From Minisyncoccota bacterium (GTDB taxonomy: Bacteria > Patescibacteriota > Minisyncoccia > UBA6257 > 2-01-FULL-56-20): a DNA stretch of 35,931 nucleotides. Positions 9,041 to 16,791 of this stretch are shown piece after piece. The stretch is taken from positions 152,654-188,584 of the forward strand of contig JBAYLC010000001.1 of assembly GCA_041664245.1 (NCBI GenBank). Reading direction: 5' to 3'. The notes below the pieces were generated by a model. That model made no database searches, was not told where the DNA came from, and was given only the letters and a program-made list of their open reading frames with translations. The position numbers and the translations under genes are program-made. The number at the start of each line of letters is the position of its first letter. Positions within the stretch are counted from its first letter, which is position 1.

Positions 9041-9072
9041 AAGAAAAAGTGCCGGAAATATTTTCCGGCACT
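9041..9072 (-). terminator. Intrinsic terminator for the minus-strand orphan gene
   Basis: 11-bp perfect stem agtgccggaaa/tttccggcact with a T-tract on the minus strand. Confidence 0.75.
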
Positions 9073-9104
9073 CGTTTGGTTGGTGCGCGCGTTGCCTGTT
9101 ACTT

Positions 9105-9539
9105 CTAGAAAGGAGATAATTTCCGACCAATCAACCACTGGGTCGAGCTCTGCGGAAAGGTCTCGGCGCTTGAGCCTGGGGAAGTAGGGTTAAAGAAAGT
9201 AAACTTCTCAAGTTCAAGCCTATCTCCGATCCTGATGTGATCTTCTGGACTACCCCAGAATAACGGCGTAAAGGTTACAAATACCTCTCCGAGAGATGAA
9301 GAGTCAAGCTTCACCGTCGCTCTCGCTATACCGTTTTTGATTTCGGCAACATCAGTTACGATTCCGGTTTGAATTATGTCAAGTTCGATTTTCTTAAACG
9401 AATCGTCCGCCGCCGTTGTTATCGCTGCAATTCCTTGGTCAGAGATGGACAAAACCATCTCTACCGACACGAACGCTAAAAAAAGAACAATAATTACCCC
9501 ACCCGCAATATACAGACGCCTCCCTGTCTTGCTTTTCAT
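9105..9539 (-). CDS. Hypothetical membrane-anchored protein
   Basis: Start MKSKTGRR at 9539 with SD GAGG; N-terminal TM helix; promoter TTGACA-17-TAAAAT upstream on the minus strand. Confidence 0.7.
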   Translation of the reverse strand: MKSKTGRRLYIAGGVIIVLFLAFVSVEMVLSISDQGIAAITTAADDSFKKIELDIIQTGIVTDVAEIKNGIARATVKLDSSSLGEVFVTFTPLFWGSPEDHIRIGDRLELEKFTFFNPTSPGSSAETFPQSSTQWLIGRKLSPF

Positions 9540-9618
9540 ACTAATTCCTCTCTTTCGGTTATTTAGTTTTCGAGTTTTCTGGCTAGATTTTACACCATTA
9601 TAATACATTTGTCAATAC

Positions 9619-9643
9619 AAAAAGGAGGCACTTATGCCTCCTT
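9619..9643 (-). terminator. Intrinsic terminator for the Cys-rich orphan
   Basis: aaggaggca-ctta-tgcctcctt with a short T-tract on the minus strand. Confidence 0.6.
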
Positions 9644-9665
9644 ATTCTTGTTTGTTGCACCCCTT

Positions 9666-9944
9666 TTATTCAGTAGAACCCATTACATCCTCCCATAGCT
9701 CGGCAAAAGTGATTAGTCCCTTTTCCTCGGTTTGAAAAAGGCAATCGGTATTGCCCCTCATCCTTGAGACTTCGCAGGTACTTTTGATTAACTTTCCTTT
9801 CGGGCAGTTATTCCAATCCGGTTCACTCATCCCACAAAGTTCATCAGAAAGTCCGCAATTCCCGCCATTCATCGTAAAAACATCCGGTGCCACTTGGGAA
9901 AATCCAAAAAGCGGGCATTTCACGCAGTCACTCGCGCCAGCCAT
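9666..9944 (-). CDS. Hypothetical Cys-rich protein (7 Cys in 92 aa)
   Basis: SD AGGAGGT; promoter TTGACT-17-TAATAT upstream; terminator downstream. Confidence 0.65.
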   Translation of the reverse strand: MAGASDCVKCPLFGFSQVAPDVFTMNGGNCGLSDELCGMSEPDWNNCPKGKLIKSTCEVSRMRGNTDCLFQTEEKGLITFAELWEDVMGSTE

Positions 9945-10042
9945 TCTACCTCCTATGTAATTAAAATTCCTCCGAAAATATTAGTGGTTTTTCCGCTCTA
10001 AGTCAAACCGTGTTTCATGCTATATGATACATGTTTCATGTC

Positions 10043-13000
10043 TCATGCCTCCAGTACCATCGCCGCATCGCAAATCATTTTTGGCTCCTCGCCCCGCAAA
10101 GAAATTTTTCCCTGCACTAATATTGTTTTATTCTGTTCCCAAACATTTGCCGTTTTATTCAAAACGCTATTAAAAACAACGACCTCAATTGATTGCGCTG
10201 ATAAATCTTCCACTTTAGCAAAGATCATCGGCTGGCCGTTTTTTGTTATTACCTTCTGAATTTTTGAAACCAAACCCGCCACGCGAAAAACCTTATTCTC
10301 ATCTTTAATTAATTTTACCTCGCTTATTGGCTTTGCTTGAGTTTTTTTAATTTTTTCGACTAACGGATTTAGAGGGTGATCCGAAAGATAAAAGCCCAGC
10401 AATTCTTTTTCCCAGGATAATTTCTCTTGAGTTGTCGCCGGTGGCGAATCTTTTAACTTTAGAGCTGTCCCGACGCCGCTCGTCGCTCCGAATAAAGAAT
10501 GATTATTTTGAACAGACGATCTTTTAGCTATCGTGCTAAATTTCAAAATATCGTCAATGTTGAAAAGCGCCTGCCCGCGTTCTACTCCAAGCGAATCAAA
10601 AGCGCCGCTTTTTATTAAACTTTCCAATGATTTTTTATTTAAATCTTTATGTTGAATTCGGGAAAGAAAATCAGTGAAACTCATAAATATTCCGCCTCGC
10701 ACCCTCTCTTCAATAATCGCTTGAGTAATCGCCTCGCCGACATTTTTTATTGCCTGAAGCCCAAAACGGATTTCTCTTTTATTTTTCGTGGGGGTGAAAC
10801 TCACAAAACTTTCGTTTATATCCGGTGGTAATATTTCCATTTTTGACTTTTTAAGTTCTCCAATCAGAAATGAAATTCGGTCGATATCATGGACTTCGGC
10901 GTTAAGTAAGCTAGCCGAGAATTCTTCCGGATAGTAGGCTTTAAGATAAGCCGTTCGGTAACCGATCAAAGCGTAACAAGCCGCGTGGCTGCGGTTAAAG
11001 CCGTAACGGGCGAACGGCGGAAATAGTTCCCAAATCTTTGAGGCCGTTTTTGAATCAATCCCGTTTTTTATCATTCCGCTAATTAGCTTTTCTTTCTGTT
11101 CATCTAAAAGGGATTTTATTTTTTTACCAATTGCTTTTCTTAGGGTGTCGGCTTCGGCCAAAGTGTATCCAGCTAAATCTCGAGCGATTCTCATCATCTG
11201 TTCCTGATACACGCCAATACCGTGGGTGTTTTTCAAAATCGGTTCCAATTTTGGGTGAAGATAAATAATTTTTTCCCGCCCGTGTTTTCGATTGATATAA
11301 GAGGGAATAAGCTCCATCGGCCCCGGCCGATACAGCGCGACCAGCGCAATTAAGTCTTCAAGTTCGGTCGGATGAATATCTTTCATGTATCGTCTCATTC
11401 CGCTCGATTCAAACTGGAAAACTCCGGTGGTGTGGCCTTCTTGCAAGATTTTAAAAGTTTTTTCGTCGTTTATCGGCAGTTCCGAAATTTTTATCTCAAT
11501 GCCCTGCCGATCTTGAATTAGGTGAAGCGTTTCTTCAATAATCGTTAGATTTTTTAAACCCAAAAGATCGATTTTTAAAAGTCCCAAATCCTCAATTGAG
11601 TGCATTTCAAATTGAGTGATAATGCTGTTTTTATCCTGTGGCGCTAATTGGAGAGGAACATATTCCGTAAGGGGTTTCTCGGTAATCACCGTTCCGCAAG
11701 CATGAACCGACGCGTGTCTGGCCACCCCCTCTAAATGTTTCGCCGCGTCCAGTAATTTTTTTGCTTCCTCATTTTTTTCATAAAATTCCGCTAGTTCCGG
11801 TACTTTTTCAATCGATTCCTTTAGGTTCATATTAAAAGGAATCAACTTGGCAATTTGGTCGCAAAAAGAATAAGTTAGTCCCATTGCCCGTCCAGCATCG
11901 CGCACGGCCGCTCGCGCCGCCATTGTTCCAAAAGTGATGATTTGAGCCACGTGGTCTTCGCCATATTTTTCTCGGATATACGCCAAAACTTCGTCTCGGC
12001 GCGTATCAGCAAAATCCAAATCAATATCCGGCATTTGAATCCGGTCGGGATTTAAAAATCTTTCAAAAAGTAAGCCGTAAGTTAGGGGATCGATATCGGT
12101 AATTCCCAAAATATACGAAACTAAGCTTCCCGCCGCCGAACCTCTTCCCGGGCCAACCGCAATTCCCCGCTGTTTCGCCCAAGAAATAAAGTCCTGAACA
12201 ATAAGAAAGTAATCGCCAAAACCAGTTTTTTCAATTACGCCAAGTTCCATTTCCAACCGCTCTTTTAATTCCGGAGTTTGCTTTTCAGTAGAATATCGGA
12301 GTGGCAGCCGTTCAGAAATTAATTCGCGAATATATTCCATCGTATTTTTCCCGTCTGGCTTTTTGAAATGAGGCAAGTAGGTTTTTCCTAGTTCGAGTTC
12401 AACATTACATCGCTCGGCGATAATTTGTGTATTAGAAATCGCTTCCGGAATGTCTTTAAATTTTTCCGCCATCTCTTCCCCCGAGGTAAGCGAAAAATTA
12501 TCCGCCTTGAGCGTCAGCCGATCGTCGTCAGATAGCTGGCTGCCAGTCTGCACCGCCAGCAAAATATCGTGATACTCGGCATCTTCCGCCTTGGCGTAGT
12601 GAATATCCTGCGTCGCGACGAGCGGTAAATTTAATTCTTTTGAAAGTTTAATAATTTCGCTTCTAATTTTTACTACCTCCGGAATATGCGGGTGATCTCC
12701 AATTTCCAAAAAGAAATTATCTTTTCCAAAAATTTGAACATATTCTTCCGCCGCCGCTCTCGCTTCTTCGTAGCGGCCGTATAAAAGATGGCGATTAACT
12801 TCGCCGCCCAAACAAGCCGATAAGGCGATCAGGCCTTCGTGATGTTCCCGGAGTAATTCCTTGTCCATTCTTGGCTTGTAATAAAATCCCTCCAAACTTG
12901 CTCGGCTCACTAATTTGATTAAATTTTTCCAGCCCGCCATATTTTCTGCGAGAAGGATTAAGTGGCAGTATCTTTCGCCAGGTTCTTTATCAAACCGGCT

Positions 13001-13222
13001 CTTAAGTGCTAGGTATGCCTCAACTCCTAAAATCGGTTTAATACCCGCCTTCTTAGATTTTTTATAAAACTCCACGGCTCCGTAAAGAACGCCGTGGTCA
13101 GTTACCGCCAAAGAATCCATTTCAAATTCCTTAGCGCGATTAATTAAGTCGTCAATTTTTGCTAGTCCATCAAGTAGGGAATAGTGTGAATGAGTATGAA
13201 GATGAGTGAATCTGACGGCCAT
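10043..13222 (-). CDS. dnaE: DNA polymerase III alpha subunit
   Basis: PHP domain HLHTHSHYSLLDG, GPGRGSAAGS, MPDIDLDF, GVFQFES, YGFNRSHAACY, C-terminal OB fold; 1059 aa. Confidence 0.98.
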   Translation of the reverse strand: MAVRFTHLHTHSHYSLLDGLAKIDDLINRAKEFEMDSLAVTDHGVLYGAVEFYKKSKKAGIKPILGVEAYLALKSRFDKEPGERYCHLILLAENMAGWKNLIKLVSRASLEGFYYKPRMDKELLREHHEGLIALSACLGGEVNRHLLYGRYEEARAAAEEYVQIFGKDNFFLEIGDHPHIPEVVKIRSEIIKLSKELNLPLVATQDIHYAKAEDAEYHDILLAVQTGSQLSDDDRLTLKADNFSLTSGEEMAEKFKDIPEAISNTQIIAERCNVELELGKTYLPHFKKPDGKNTMEYIRELISERLPLRYSTEKQTPELKERLEMELGVIEKTGFGDYFLIVQDFISWAKQRGIAVGPGRGSAAGSLVSYILGITDIDPLTYGLLFERFLNPDRIQMPDIDLDFADTRRDEVLAYIREKYGEDHVAQIITFGTMAARAAVRDAGRAMGLTYSFCDQIAKLIPFNMNLKESIEKVPELAEFYEKNEEAKKLLDAAKHLEGVARHASVHACGTVITEKPLTEYVPLQLAPQDKNSIITQFEMHSIEDLGLLKIDLLGLKNLTIIEETLHLIQDRQGIEIKISELPINDEKTFKILQEGHTTGVFQFESSGMRRYMKDIHPTELEDLIALVALYRPGPMELIPSYINRKHGREKIIYLHPKLEPILKNTHGIGVYQEQMMRIARDLAGYTLAEADTLRKAIGKKIKSLLDEQKEKLISGMIKNGIDSKTASKIWELFPPFARYGFNRSHAACYALIGYRTAYLKAYYPEEFSASLLNAEVHDIDRISFLIGELKKSKMEILPPDINESFVSFTPTKNKREIRFGLQAIKNVGEAITQAIIEERVRGGIFMSFTDFLSRIQHKDLNKKSLESLIKSGAFDSLGVERGQALFNIDDILKFSTIAKRSSVQNNHSLFGATSGVGTALKLKDSPPATTQEKLSWEKELLGFYLSDHPLNPLVEKIKKTQAKPISEVKLIKDENKVFRVAGLVSKIQKVITKNGQPMIFAKVEDLSAQSIEVVVFNSVLNKTANVWEQNKTILVQGKISLRGEEPKMICDAAMVLEA

Positions 13223-13317
13223 AAAACACCAAAATTATAGGGTATTAGTAGGTAATTTCCAAACCCAAAATTTGCCCATTTTTCGGCTTTTTTGTAGTAT
13301 TGGAAATACTTAGTTTT

Positions 13318-13390
13318 GCCACCTTAGCTCAGCTGGTAGAGCAACACTTTTGTAAAGTGAAGGTCCCCGGTTCAAATCCGGGAGGTGGCT
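13318..13390 (+). tRNA. tRNA-Thr(TGT)
   Basis: Cloverleaf GCCACCT/AGGTGGC, anticodon loop TTTGTAA, T-loop TTCAAAT; A27-A43 mismatch; CCA not encoded. Confidence 0.92.
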
Positions 13391-13430
13391 CATTGGATTT
13401 TTTCTTAAAAATAAGTAAAATTAGCCAAAT

Positions 13431-13503
13431 GCCGTTGTAGCTCAGCTGGTAGAGCAACTCCATGGTAAGGAGTAGGTCGCCGGTTCAAATCCGGCCAACG
13501 GCT
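13431..13503 (+). tRNA. tRNA-Thr(GGT)
   Basis: GCCGTTG/CAACGGC, anticodon arm ACTCC-ATGGTAA-GGAGT; CCA not encoded. Confidence 0.95.
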
Positions 13504-13603
13504 CACTTAGAAAATCTTACAAAATTGACTCAATTAACTTTATAGGTTAAACTGTAGCGAGGATTATTCCTGATTCATAAATCATAATTATTTATTCTAA
13601 TTT

Positions 13604-13771
13604 ATGGCTAAAGTAAAACGCGCTGAAAGATTAGTCCGTCTAAGATGTACCGTTTGTAAACGGGCTATTTATGCCGATAAAAACAAAAAGAAAGTGGAAC
13701 GTAAACTTGATCTAAGTAAATACTGTTCCCTGTGTCGAAAGCATACCCAGCATAAAGAATCAAAAAAATAG
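13604..13771 (+). CDS. rpmG: 50S ribosomal protein L33, zinc type (below the ORF-track cutoff)
   Basis: 55 aa MAKVKRAERLVRLRCTVCKRAIYADKNKKKVERKLDLSKYCSLCRKHTQHKESKK; sits before tRNA-Trp; palindrome at 13766-13788 after the stop. Confidence 0.93.
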   Translation: MAKVKRAERLVRLRCTVCKRAIYADKNKKKVERKLDLSKYCSLCRKHTQHKESKK

Positions 13772-13838
13772 CCCCTAAGGGGCTATTTAAATAATAAATC
13801 TTGATTTGGTAAGTCGGAGAAAGTAATATAGAAACATT

Positions 13839-13909
13839 GGGAGTTTAGTTAAGTGGTATAACTGCGGTCTCCAAAACCGCGATCGGGGGTTCGATTCCCT
13901 CAACTCCCG
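13839..13909 (+). tRNA. tRNA-Trp(CCA)
   Basis: GGGAGTT/AACTCCC, anticodon arm GCGGT-CTCCAAA-ACCGC; promoter TTGATT-17-TAATAT at 13801-13829. Confidence 0.94.
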
Positions 13910-13912
13910 CAT

Positions 13913-13950
13913 TAGAGGCTGCTTGGCGAGGCACGAGTCTAGCAACTCTT
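13913..13950 (+). repeat. tRNA-trailing hairpin element, copy 1
   Basis: 29/38 nt ungapped identity to 27828-27865, which follows tRNA-Glu. Confidence 0.7.
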
Positions 13951-14030
13951 ATGCACCGCCGTCACTCGGGGTTATCCCAGAGTGATGGCGCCCAAGGCGA
14001 CCAACGAGAGAACACAATTTTTTAAAACTA

Positions 14031-14450
14031 TTACTTTGCCTTTCTTATCACGGCAGAGTGAATTTCTTCAGTTAAGGTGTTGTTAATTTTAATCAACCGA
14101 TGTACTTCGTCCTGGAGTTTTAATATTTCTTCGGTGTCCTTATAAGTCTGTTCTGCTTGCTTATCTGAAGCTCGTGCGGCTACTTTTTGACCGACCATAA
14201 TAACTGAGAGAAGAACTAATTGTAAAAACGTTTGGGCAACCCACGATATAAGAGCGGATGTTCCACCTTGAAAAGCTTCTGGTAAACTTATAAATGCTAT
14301 AACGGCAAAAAGATAAGCACACCACATTGTACCTACCGCGCTAGTTATGAACAACGCCAAACGGCCGTTAAATCCAACCTGTTCACGTTTTGTTAAATGA
14401 GGACCAGATTTCGCTCGCTCTTCAATCCACGGATTTGGGGTATGTTGCAT
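14031..14450 (-). CDS. DUF1003-like membrane protein
   Basis: ALFITSAVGTMWCAYLF...QLVLLSVIMVGQ followed by a coiled-coil tail; family recognised by eye. Confidence 0.7.
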   Translation of the reverse strand: MQHTPNPWIEERAKSGPHLTKREQVGFNGRLALFITSAVGTMWCAYLFAVIAFISLPEAFQGGTSALISWVAQTFLQLVLLSVIMVGQKVAARASDKQAEQTYKDTEEILKLQDEVHRLIKINNTLTEEIHSAVIRKAK

Positions 14451-14776
14451 GTTTGTTATTTTATCTATGTGCTAATTATACAAGACTTATTGAGATTTAA
14501 AAAAGTTTAACGGCGGGCGTTTCCTCTACAAAATTTTTCCAATCCACAAACCGTAAATGACTTTGGTAATCGCAATTTGCGGTACAACTCTTATGCCCCG
14601 CCTCCGACGACTGGCGGAGACGGAACTTTTTATTGACAGTTATAGGGTTTACGTTTTAGAATGCGGCGTAACTTTGATATTTCTGAACCCAAGCATGGGT
14701 GCTAAATCTCGCTTTATTTTATAAAGCAGTTTCCTCGATTTAGCGCCCATGCCTGGGTTTTTATTTTATCCCTCCT

Positions 14777-14785
14777 TTATCCACA
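14777..14785 (+). promoter_or_regulatory. Consensus DnaA box
   Basis: TTATCCACA, 18 nt upstream of the -35 at 14804. Confidence 0.5.
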
Positions 14786-14803
14786 AGAAATTAGATTTTT
14801 TGA

Positions 14804-14831
14804 TTGACGTGTTATTCGCGAGAAGTATAAC
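14804..14831 (+). promoter_or_regulatory. Promoter for the fibre-locus leader
   Basis: TTGACG (14804-09), 16 nt, TATAAC (14826-31). Confidence 0.6.
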
Positions 14832-14937
14832 ATGATTCGGTACGAGTTTAAGTTGGTTTTGGTCTCGTTGGGGAAACCGAGGCAGAAGCGACTATGATTA
14901 TGCACGGCTTCTCTAGCGAGAAAATTTCGTGGTCACT

Positions 14938-14989
14938 AAAAGGGTTGTCCTTTGGGTTTTGTACTAAACCTAAAAGACAACCCTTTTTT
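14938..14989 (+). terminator. Strong intrinsic terminator inside the 5' leader (possible attenuator)
   Basis: aaaagggttgtc-c-tttgggttt/aaacctaaa-a-gacaacccttttt. Confidence 0.75.
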
Positions 14990-15324
14990 GTTGCGAAAAA
15001 ATAATTTTCAAAGGTCGATTACAAAATAATTAATAAAAAACTAGCCAACAACAAGTTTCGTCTTGTAATAATCAATAATTTCATCCGGCACTAAATGAGC
15101 CAATTCTAATAATTTGTTGCAGCTAAATCTTTCTCTCGTAAAAGCGGGGAAAAGATTTGGCCGTAACACGGTCAAAATAATTATTTTTACCCGATTATAC
15201 CAATAATTGGGTAAGGTAAAAAGGTCGCCCCCAGTACTAATTTTAAATTAGTCATGGGGTAAAGAAGATAAAAAACAATTAGCCCTTTAATAGTCGAAAC
15301 AAATTTTAGGGCAATAAAATACAT

Positions 15325-16641
15325 ATGAAAAAATTATTAGTAATATTCGGAGCGGTGACGATCGCCATAGTGGGCGCTTCAATGTTTGCCGCTTTTGAAG
15401 CGCACGTTATAAACGTAACCGCGACGATCGAGAACGCTCTTACGGTTCCAACCACGCCGATTCTTTTTGGCACGGTTTTCCCGCAGGAACAAATTGATAA
15501 GCATTTAAGTGTTGCGCTTTCTAGTTCTTTTTTAGCCGAGAATCAAGGTCGGGTTGATACAGTGAATTATATGATTCGCCAGAAACCGAAATGTGGTTTT
15601 ACAACAGACAACGGTAAGAATTTGATCGGCGAGACCAGGACCGGAGAAGTTGTTATTGATGCCAATAGCCCTGGTGGTTATAGGATTGACTGTGGTGTAA
15701 ATCCAAATCTAAACCCGACGACGGATACTGGAGCAGTAATACAAGGAACATGGGGAGTTCTCCCATCTCTTTGTCCTTATCTCTCAAAACATTCCAGTAA
15801 CGCCACCGACGTAAACGTTCCGGCTTTCCATCAGCCGTTCTCGGTTGCTAATGGTGTAGTTAGTTGGACTGAGGCTGAAGGAACTCTCTCAAAACCAAAT
15901 CAAACTTCGGCTGATTGGACAATCGATTTGAAGGTGCCATGTTTCGGTGGTCATTGCGCCCAAGATTGGAATGATTTCGTGAAAAAAATTAATCCACTCG
16001 CCGATCCGGCAGCATATACTCAGCCAATTGCAAACGAACATAAAGTTTTCGGTTGCGATCTTTGGGTTGAAACGACTGGCGTTAATAGTAAGTCGCGTGA
16101 AATTCCTCTCTACAAAGAAACTGGTGATTCTTCAACAACGCTCGGTCCTATTCAGGGTCACGTGACCTACGATACGACCAGTGCCGGCAAATTAGCCGGA
16201 ACGATTAAAGTGGATTCAGGTTCTCTTGTCGCCGACCACAACTACGTGCTTGTACTTAATGGGCCTCGTGGCGGTGGAGTTTTACCCGGAAACACCAATG
16301 GTCTTTTGGCCGATTGGGCTTGTTTGCAACCTACACCAGGTCTAAGCAACGGCTGGGATGGTTGGTGGGTTAATCAGACCGACAATACCGGCGCAACAAA
16401 GTGTGAGCTCGCTCCAGGTGATGTTAAACTCGAAGGTTATTACAACTTCCAATTTAACGTTACAGGTGCCCAACTCGAAGCAGGATATTCTTTCAATCCT
16501 GCCCTCCCCGTTGGAACGTATAGTGGGGTTCAATTCTTAGTAAAGGATTTAAATACCGCTTTGTGGGATACCGTTCTTGAATACCCGGGTGTTGGTGAAA
16601 CAGACAGCACGCCGAGTGAGTTTAGTTTCGTTGTAAATTAA
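15325..16641 (+). CDS. Secreted beta-rich protein with a SipW-type signal; putative major fibre subunit (TasA/CalY-like)
   Basis: MKK + hydrophobic core + FA|AFEAHVINVTATIE, then ILFGTVFPQE; Cys motifs; second C-terminal domain; no C-terminal anchor. Confidence 0.7.
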   Translation: MKKLLVIFGAVTIAIVGASMFAAFEAHVINVTATIENALTVPTTPILFGTVFPQEQIDKHLSVALSSSFLAENQGRVDTVNYMIRQKPKCGFTTDNGKNLIGETRTGEVVIDANSPGGYRIDCGVNPNLNPTTDTGAVIQGTWGVLPSLCPYLSKHSSNATDVNVPAFHQPFSVANGVVSWTEAEGTLSKPNQTSADWTIDLKVPCFGGHCAQDWNDFVKKINPLADPAAYTQPIANEHKVFGCDLWVETTGVNSKSREIPLYKETGDSSTTLGPIQGHVTYDTTSAGKLAGTIKVDSGSLVADHNYVLVLNGPRGGGVLPGNTNGLLADWACLQPTPGLSNGWDGWWVNQTDNTGATKCELAPGDVKLEGYYNFQFNVTGAQLEAGYSFNPALPVGTYSGVQFLVKDLNTALWDTVLEYPGVGETDSTPSEFSFVVN

Positions 16642-16667
16642 AACGAAAGATTATTATCTACTCCTTC

Positions 16668-16698
16668 TCCGGTTTACTGTCATAGACAGTAAACCGGA
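16668..16698 (+). other. Perfect 14-bp hairpin after the first fibre gene
   Basis: tccggtttactgtc-ata-gacagtaaaccgga; no U-tract. Confidence 0.7.
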
Positions 16699-16791
16699 AG
16701 ATTGAGCGATTTAAGTCGGCATAGTGATCACGCAAGGTCTAATCTATAAAAGCTATTTGACATAAATAGTAAGCGTGGAATAATGGTTGAT

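Noticed and set aside
10043-13222. Intein or split in DnaE
   Set aside because: The length (1059 aa) and continuous motif order fit an uninterrupted DnaE; no C...HN splice motifs or LAGLIDADG blocks seen
14598-14760. ZTP (pfl) riboswitch, suggested by GACTGGCGGA and GCCTGGG
   Set aside because: The GTGG..CCAC stem and the CCGCC pseudoknot partner are missing, a promoter lies between the two pieces, and no purine/folate gene follows
14850-14990. c-di-GMP-I/II, c-di-AMP or T-box identity for the fibre-locus leader
   Set aside because: Only fragments match (a GAAA loop; GTGGTCAC resembling the T-box bulge). The GCAAA/GAC core, the ydaO motifs and T-box stem I were not found
14832-15004. Leader peptides MIRYEF... 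(from 14832) and MIMHGF... (from 14894)
   Set aside because: The first starts upstream of the predicted TSS; the second runs through the terminator and has no SD or telling codon run
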